A stretch of DNA of 56,497 nucleotides, counting the filler, from Sphacelaria rigidula (lineage: Eukaryota), in NCBI GenBank assembly GCA_964200075.2. It is 4 parts of 4 records of this genome, joined end to end, with 100 filler letters (N's around TTAATTAATTAA, not from the genome) between each part and the next. Parts side by side here need not be neighbours in the genome. Positions count along the whole stretch, not along the records: positions 42,452 to 56,497 come from CAXNAA020002487.1; 3 more parts are not named here. One strand, given 5' to 3'. Positions 48,991 through 56,497 of the stretch are shown here, in pieces. The position numbers and the translations under genes were made by a program. How positions within the stretch are numbered: position 1 is the stretch's first letter; the number at the start of each line of letters is the position of its first letter. The notes beneath the pieces are model-generated. The model was not told where the DNA came from, searched no databases, and saw only the letters and a program-made list of their open reading frames with translations.

Positions 48991-50275
48991 GGGGCTGTTC
49001 CGTCATGTCGTCGGTTGTAACGTGGTAGGGCGGGGACTTGGTCGGATAGCTGTTGAGAACATACTGTGTGAGTCCGGCAGGCAGGTTCTTGGGCATGTCG
49101 TTTGTATTATGCGGGTTCGTGCAGGGTTTGTATCTGTGCACGGAGACGCGGGGTTTGGTGTCCTTGCCCTGAAAGTCGCGAGGCAAGTCGAGATAGAGCA
49201 GTTTGTCACCAACGGGTTTTTCATCCGGTGATGATGACGATGGTCCGACTGTCAGGATCTTGAATGGTCCTGTCCAATTGAGGGGCAATTTTGTCTTCAA
49301 AATTGTTTCGTTGGATGCCTTGCTGATGCCTTGGCGGATGGTCGACAAACTGTTGTAGATCCAAACCCAATCACCAACTTTCCAGTTGGGGCGTTTGTGC
49401 ATGAGGTTGTAGAGAGCAGTGTTAGATCTCTCTAGGCGGGAGGCGTTAATACCGTGTTGTTCGCGCACCAGGGTAAACGCTTTGCGTTGCCGTGCATGCG
49501 CTAGCTCGTGGTAGCATATCTGATCCTGATCCAATCCTTGGTGGCCATCGAACGTATGTCGCTCAAGTACGGTGATGGGCAGTCGAGGGTAAGGTCCAAG
49601 ATGGAGTTTGTTCGGGGAAAGGCCTGTCGCGGCGTTAACAGAGTTGTTGTAGGACACCATGATGATGTGCGAGAGGTGTAAGTCCCAGTCATTTTGGCGG
49701 TCATTGACAACCATAGAGAGCGTCTGGGCCATGGTGTGATTAACTATTTCGGTACCACCGTTACCGTTCGGGTGGTAGGCGCTCGTGGCAATTTTGCGGA
49801 TGCCCAGCAGCTTGTAAAGCCCATCAGAGAGGCCTAAGCAAAATTGCTGACCATTGTCTGAAAGGAGTCGCTTTGGGCAACCGCAGTGCTTAATGTAGTC
49901 GTGGACCAATATGATGGCCGTTCCGGCGGCAGTGAAATCTGCGGCGTTCACCGCGTACATGGAATCGTGGCGGCTGAAGCGGTCAGTGAAGAGTAAGATG
50001 TAGGTGTTGCCGCGATCTGTGGTCGGTAGAGGGCCAAAGTAGTCAAAGGACACAACAAGGTGGCCTGGCTCGTTGGGGAGTCCCACAGATATGACGGGCA
50101 GCGTACTGTCTGTCGTGAAGTCTTTCGGGCTTGGCATTTGAAACAGCGCCGAATCCAGAAGCGGGTGGTAACTTCCATGCCAACCCACCAGTAGAAGCGT
50201 TTCAAGAGCGCTAGGGTGCAGGTGACGCCAAGGTGACAAGTCTGTGTTGCAGTCTTTCATTACCCAGGGGCGCAT
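48905..50275 (-). pseudogene. Gypsy integrase (frameshifted zinc-binding region, rve core, GPF motif)
   Basis: KRFYWWVGM...IRRCFKCQARK; VSFDYFGPLP, LLFTDRFSR, LLSDNGQQF, YHPNGNGGTE; LPLNWTGPFKI. Confidence 0.93.
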
Positions 50276-51199
50276 TAATAATGGGACCTATATGCGCGTT
50301 GGTTCGTCATCGAGTAGTCGTGCGTGGCGTCCCGTGGTTGAGACGGAAATTGCGCCTGTCAAGGGCGTGGCGCGACGCACGGGTAGTTGTACACCTTCAT
50401 CCGTAGTAAAAAGGGTGCCTTTACGCACGAGCTCGTATGCGTTAGAAATAATTGGTGGTGGCAATGTGCCAACCGGGACCAGAAGGGCGGATGGAAAAGG
50501 GACTGGACAGTCGAGTTGTAAGTATCGGATGACTGCGCGACATAGCGGTTCAGCGTTTTGTTCGCGAGCCCAGTCGCGGTGAGAGTAGCTGACGAGAAAC
50601 TCGCGTAGTTGACCTTCGACTGTCGAGCCGACCAAACATGGTGGGGTAGGCAGCGGGGGGATATGCGACGGGGCAGGGGTGCCGACGTCAATATCTGCCC
50701 CGTGAGCAGGAGCTACGTCGTCAGCTTCATGCTCGGGAGCGGTAGATGTTGGTGGTGCCGTTATAGGCGGCGGGATTGTAGTAGTGCGCGGCGAAGATTG
50801 AACGCGGCGCGTAGTGCACGGTGCAGGGGTGTTCGCGGAGCGTTGCGTGCTGGTCCGTGGGACCTGTGTTGTGTGGCTCGTGGAGTTTGCAGGTGTTATC
50901 GGTGGCGGCGGAGCACTCGGAATGGGGCGGGCGGCAGACCGGGAGCGCGTGTCGTCGGAGATTAGGTGGGTGACCGCAGGTGTCTCCGTGAAAAGCTTCG
51001 CGTGAGTACCGTAAGTGCGGAAATCGACAAAATCTGATAAAGTGCGCTAACCCACCCAAGACGGCGTCATATAGTAGAGGGCGAGGTCCTCCCATATGTA
51101 CACCAGCTTCTGGGCACTGGAGATCGGGGGCGTGAACGGGCATTGAAAAACGTCTAATAGCGTGATTTCCAGGTTCATCGCGTTCCGTCAAATGGCAAG

Positions 51200-52941
51200 C
51201 CGGTCTGGAATCTACAGCCGTAGGCGGCAGGGGTAGGCGAGAAAGAAGATCAGCGTTCCCGTTGGTTTTACCAGGACGGTGCTCAATAGTATACTGGTAT
51301 GCTGATAGAAACTTTAACCATCGTTTTACACGCGGGTTGTGTTCGCCAACCTTGGCGAGCTGTTCCAGTGCCCCATGATCCGTATAGATCTCGAAGGGCA
51401 CGTGAAACAAATATTGTCGAAGGCGCTTAATGGCCCAAGTGATTACTCCGCCTTCCAGTTCCAGTGGGCTACAATTGGCCTCGTTGAGCAGGGTAGCGCA
51501 GCTGATATAAAGGATGGGTCGGACGGAGCCATCAACCTGAGGTTGATTCAAATCTCCTCCAAATCCGTTTGTGCTGGCGTCAGTGTGGAGTTGGAAAAGA
51601 CGATAACTATCTTGTATTGCCTCTCAATCAGTAAAGCAGAGTGCCGGCTTTTCGGTCACCGTCTTGAGTAATTCGCGGGTGATATTTTCCGTCTTGGTTG
51701 TGAACGAAAACACGGCTCCTTTCTTGAGTAGCTCAGTAAGGGGGCGGATCCGTTTTGATAGATTCGGCAAAAATTTGCGGTAGTAGAGTAGTCCGCCCGA
51801 CAATGAGCGAAGTTGAGAAATAAATGTTAGTTGGCATCGGCAAGTCAGTCATTGCCTTGACTTTGTTTGTATCCGCATGCAGGCCTGCTGGCGTGGAATG
51901 CCCCAGGAAATCCGAGTCAGTCGCACCAAGGCGAGCTTTGGATGGAGACAGTTTCAAATCGTGTGTTCGTAGGCGAGAGAGAAGTTCTCGCAGAGTGCGG
52001 ATATTACAATAGGTGAGGTATCGAAAGCGATAGCGTCATCCAGGTGCATGATGATGTGCTCGAGGCCTTCGGTGACGCGTTGCATTAAGCGTTCAAAGCA
52101 TCCCGGGGCAGTAGCAGCGCCTTGTGGCATTCGAGGTCACTCGTAGAGTCCGGACGAGGTACAAAATGCCGTCAGTGGGACTGTGTCAGGGTGAATAGCA
52201 TTATGAAAGAATCCAGAAGCGAGGTCGAAGGTACTGAATATTTTCCTCCGCCTAAGAAGTCGAAGACTTTATCTATGCGGGGAATCGGAAGTTTACCGGC
52301 CACAGTGACGCGGTTCAACCGTTGGTTATTCACGGTTATGCGTATGTTTCCATCCTTTTTGGGGACGGCCACAAGGGGCGAGGCCCAAGGAGAGGAGGAA
52401 TGCTGTGTTAATCCCGCTCCAAAATATGCATCCAAGATGGCGTTAACCTTCTTGAGACCGCTGCCGAGACAACCCCCCCCCAAAACCGGCCAAAAATGTG
52501 CACGAAGGCGATGATCATAACTGCCGTTAAAGCTGGTTTCATGCTGCACGACGCGACTGATTTGGGCGTAATAGCTGATTTTGGACTGCTACACGCCTCT
52601 CATGTGGGCGAAATTGCTGCAAACGAGCCCAATAGTGGGATTGCAGCCTGTTCGTTGGATGGTCTCCTGTGCACTTTTTGTGGGGGGGCTATCTCGGCAT
52701 TAGTCTTGATAAGGATTGGGTTTGTCCGGCATGGCCGAGAAGAGATAGGCGAGACGCCGGGTTGGAGGGTAACCTCGAAGGGCAGTGTTTCGCAATGCCC
52801 AAGATCCGTCTTGGATCGGGAAAATCGGTCTTGGTACTGTAGCAGGACATTATTGAGTTCTCGGATGACTGCCGGTTCCCAGCCGGGCCCATGAAGGTCA
52901 AAATTGATGTCGCGCATGTGTGGCGGTAGTTGGTGCCACAT
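51200..52941 (-). pseudogene. Gypsy reverse transcriptase and RNase H (disrupted)
   Basis: SPWASPLVAVPKKDGNIRITV, PIPRID, RMPQG, HLDD (degenerate YLDD), LKLSPSKA..FLGH; FQLHTDAS, LELE, FEIYTDH, HRPGKTNGNADLLSRLP. Confidence 0.92.
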
Positions 52942-53753
52942 TTGCTAGGAGCTATTCCAAGAATATGGTCATAAGCGTTGAAGCACTTCAGCAGGAGGAT
53001 CGGAATTTTACTGGGCAGGATCCAAGGTGTGGACCTGGGGTGGAGTCACAGAGGTGAGATCGAAATAAGGTTCATCGACACAATGGACTGACTCCGCCGG
53101 AGATGTGGCGTTTCGCGCAATAGGCTCTGTTACGCATGTCTCGAGTGGGATGTGCATCAGGGGAGCAGCGGCGATTCCTAAAATATCGCCGGGCTCCAAG
53201 TTAGCATGACCCGTAAGAGGGAGGACTTGTTGTCCCGCCGAGATAAAATGTTCTGTGTCGGCTGGTGCGCCAATACGGGGTAACATTCATGCAAAATAAT
53301 GGCCCGTAAGTGCTGGCATGCCATTTCGGCGAACCAGTGCAACAAGGATCGTCGGAGAGTGTTATACCAACGCTACCGTTGTATCGTAGGTGGTGAGCAG
53401 CTCCGGCTGCTTGAGTATTCTTCTGGTAGGCCAGGGCGCCGTGAAGAGTACCAAAGTGCTCAAGGTCGAATTCTCCACGAGGCGTGGAATGTGGCGATAG
53501 TTGTGGGAGCGTGCGGTAGGTTCATTTTTTAAACCGCATATAGCTATCTCTGCCCAATAATATAGCGTGGTGCATTGTGCTGTCGGGGACAAAGTATGCC
53601 CAGACTGCCAGGCTGGCAGAACGAGTGGCGTTGTGAAAGAATTGCACACTGAGACGGACGGATTTTCGTGTCGTTAGGGGTGCGGCATAATCACCGAAAC
53701 CGCCCCATACTCGAGGTTGGGTGGTGGTTTCGCAAGCTGCAGTAGCAGCACTA

Positions 53754-54302
53754 CAGTAGTGCGCGGTCTAACTATTCATTTTGAGGCATTTTGTGATTTC
53801 TTCGTGATTGGCGATTTTCTTGGGCTCTTTTCGCTTGCCAACACTCAGCACATTGTGGATCTGAAGATATTTGTGTCCGCTCCATATTCCAAGAAAAAAA
53901 TCATCTGTACTCAATATTGAGTGACTTACAGGCTGAAAGGTCATCGGGGGTCCTGCGACGTTTCAGCCCAGATTCTTACTCTTCGGTATTTTCGGCGGAT
54001 CGAGCCTGTCTCGATCATATTTCTGAAAGAATGTAAAGTTAAAAAAAAAATTTAATGCTCCCTACCCATTGCACTAGAGCCGAAAAACTGTGTTTCACGG
54101 TCAGTAACACCATCGTGTTGAACGGGGTATTTACTCGGTTCGCCCCATAACACCAACTGGCACTGACTTGGGCACTGTGTTTTGAGGACGATCTGTTCAT
54201 TGTACCAAAATCTATCGACGCTCGCAATTTCGAGTTCCATCCAAGAGTAGTACGCGAGGAAAAACTCAAAACCTCGCTAAATAGTTAGACCGCCCACTAC
54301 TG
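53754..54302. mobile_element. 549-bp Tc1/mariner/pogo-type MITE inserted in the Gypsy protease
   Basis: TA|CAGTAGTGCGCGGTCTAACTATT pairs with AATAGTTAGACCGCCCACTACTG|TA. It splits ...LLDSGS...AHMKPT from ...ACETTTQPRVWGGFG. Confidence 0.88.
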
Positions 54303-55161
54303 TAGTCGGTTTCATGTGTGCCCATGCTGATTCTCGAATAAATTTTTGCGGACTGCCGCTGTCCAACAAGGATACGCATTTCGTAGACGTGGTAGCGTTT
54401 GGACCAGAGTGGATCGCGACGCGTTTAGTGAAAGTGGCCGGACCCACAAACACTTTACCGCCGACAAGATCCGGACAGTGTTCCGGCAAGGTAAATTGGT
54501 CAGGATCAGCGGGACTGACAGCAAAGACGCATGGCGGGTGATCCGCCGGTGGGTCAGATTTCTCACCAGAGAAGAGTGTGGGCGGTATATTATTTCCAGG
54601 TGTGGCACTGTCGGAGTGACCATTAGCGATTTCGTAAATGATCGTCGGTGGTTGACAGGGATTGCTGTCCGAGGAGGATCCAGATTGTGCGGGGCTGGAG
54701 TCGTCAATTGAAGAAGTAATGACGTCAGAAATATTTGATGAAGTTTCTCCCGTGATACTTGATAGAGCCGTCGAGCTCAAAGTCGTCGCATTTTGGAGAG
54801 ATTGAGGTCGAGGATTTCCGCTCGAAAGAGATGTACGTGATGATGCACGCGCGTCCTTGGGGGAATGCTTGCGGGGCTTTCTCTTCCGCCGTGACAAAGG
54901 TCGGGGAACCTCCAGAACATTTTGGGATGAAACCACAACTGTGTCCAGTCGGGTGAATGAGGTCAGCATCGGGGCATGACGGCGCGAAACTTGTGGGCTG
55001 CTTTCCGTAGGCAAGCTTCGCTGGTGGGTCATAGCTGAAGGTATGTTGGGGCGGGTGCTATTAGGACCGGCCGAAGGTAGGTCCGTGCGTGTTGAAAATC
55101 GCAGGGAAGGAGCTCGATCCAACTGATTGGGCATTACATGATCCGATGTGGTCAAGTTCAA
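54303..55161 (-). pseudogene. Gypsy Ser/Pro-rich linker and aspartic protease N-terminal half
   Basis: CVSLLDSGSPQKFI retropepsin motif at the end of ORF 54277-55161. Confidence 0.8.
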
Positions 55162-55753
55162 ATCAGCAACACTGGGATCAGCTAAAGAAGGCTTGCTACT
55201 ACCTGTGCGTGCGGTCGCTGAGGAAAGCCTTTGCCTCAGGAACTGGCGGTTGGTCCTCCCACGCCTCAGACTTATACTCGGTACTGAAGGACCAAGTTCA
55301 GGGCCGGGTGTAGGTCTGAGTCGCGGGGTGACACAACTGTTACGCGGTGTGTGGAAGGGTGAAGACGGGGGTCAATATGAACAGCCGTCGGTTGCGCTCC
55401 TGCATAGTGCCGGGGAATCCGGACGGACAGTCCTAGTCGCGGGCTTTGTGGGCTGTGCTGGAATGTGTGTGGAGGTTGAAGACGGGGGTCGACTTGAACG
55501 GTCGTCTGTAACGCTCCTGCAGAGCGCCGGGGGAGCCGGGTGAACACTCTTTATCACGGACTCCGCGGGCTGTGTTGAAAAACTCTTCGCTACTGCTGTC
55601 GGCGGCGCGGAAGACCGTAGAATGCCGGCGTCGGCACGTCATGGGTCTACGCGATCCGTAGTAAAGGTACCAGGGTTTCTGGTATTGGGGTTTGAGTTGT
55701 GTGTCTGACCCGTCCGCTGATGTCTATCAGGGGATCGTTTGTTGTCGCGAGCA

Positions 55754-56335
55754 TTATGGTCGTTCTGGCGAGGGATTGCAATATTGTTGTTCTGTCGGCG
55801 ATCGCAATGAGAGCTTTTGTGGCCACGTGGATTCGAATTTATTACGATAATTTCGGTTCGGTGGACGATAGTCGCGCACGCGTTTTTGCCATCGGCGCCA
55901 CGCGGGTTCATTGTCCTGTAATTCAGGGCTCATGAGATCAAAGGCATTGTTGCATTGACTGTCGCAGTCACGCATACTGTGGCCTTGAACACTACAGTTG
56001 ATGCAACTATTGGTATGACTGCTGAAGGCATTGCGTCTTCCAGGAGACGAAAGGAGTGGGTTCCACAAATGGGGAGCATCTGTAATGAATGCCGTTGTCG
56101 AAGTCAAATACACACCATCCCAAGTTTCCACGGAAAACGGCCAACCGTCAAAACTCGCACTGTATACATCTCTGTTACTTTGAACATGCATACATAGCTG
56201 AACCGGCGACCGAGTCGGAGTCCATGGAGCGCGAGATGAAATCGAATTCCTGCCGCGAGACCCGTGGGCATGAGTGGAGGACACAACCGTAGGTTGTGAA
56301 CGCAGAGGCATAGAAGGTTTGCCACGTATGGACAC
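55754..56335 (-). pseudogene. Gypsy gag C-terminus with zinc knuckle
   Basis: CINCSVQGHSMRDC (CX2CX4HX4C) upstream of the protease. Confidence 0.8.
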
Positions 56336-56347
56336 TTTCTACGATAG

Positions 56348-56497
56348 CCCCCCCCCACAACCAGCTGCTGGTTAGACACCCGTGAGGCAGTGTAAAAGCC
56401 GTGGTTGTCTCTGGAAGTGGCGATACCACAGAATAAAGCAACTCATTGTTGGCTGTCATCCAAATGCAAGATAACCAGTAGGCTTCGGGCCGAACAG
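56348..56497 (+). mobile_element. 5'-truncated family B retroposon, apparently inserted in the Gypsy gag region (runs off window)
   Basis: C-run, then AGACAC...GGCAGTGTAAAAGCCGTGGTTGTCTCTGGAAGTGGCGATACCACAGAA...GCTTCGGGCCGAA, collinear with about 22945-23068. Confidence 0.75.

Larger units (their letters stand above)
47331..56348 (-). mobile_element. Degenerate Ty3/Gypsy (chromovirus-type) LTR retrotransposon
   Basis: Domain order on the minus strand is gag CCHC, protease, RT, RNase H, integrase, chromodomain. Many stops and frameshifts, plus two secondary insertions. Confidence 0.93.

Overview
Eukaryotic, intron-rich, repeat-dense genomic DNA. Long TE-filled introns, GT/GC-AG sites, a GH81 laminarinase and TTAGGG-like motifs suggest a brown alga or other stramenopile; this is inference only. 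Three 100-bp scaffold gaps carry a TTAATTAATTAA linker. Host genes: (1) a minus-strand SWI3/SMARCC-type SWIRM gene, with two confident exons at 1369-3327, probably continuing off the left edge; (2) a plus-strand multi-exon gene at about 15547-22383, of unknown function, followed by, or fused to, four TPR exons at 23423-26512; (3) the first five exons of a secreted GH81 endo-1,3-beta-glucanase at 37335-41356, with no further exons found before a nest of about 15 kb of transposons. The right end holds a degenerate minus-strand Ty3/Gypsy chromovirus (about 47.3-56.3 kb) whose integrase carries a chromodomain plus an extra Tudor/PWWP-like module. Most notable non-genic signals: a LINE plus a SINE-like partner that share a 3' end and always sit in poly-C/poly-G sites; MITEs carrying telomere-like (CCCTAA)n; a four-layer nest of hAT, TA-flanked and foldback elements; and many Tourist-like and Tc1/mariner-like foldback MITEs. 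All exon joins and alignments were done by eye.
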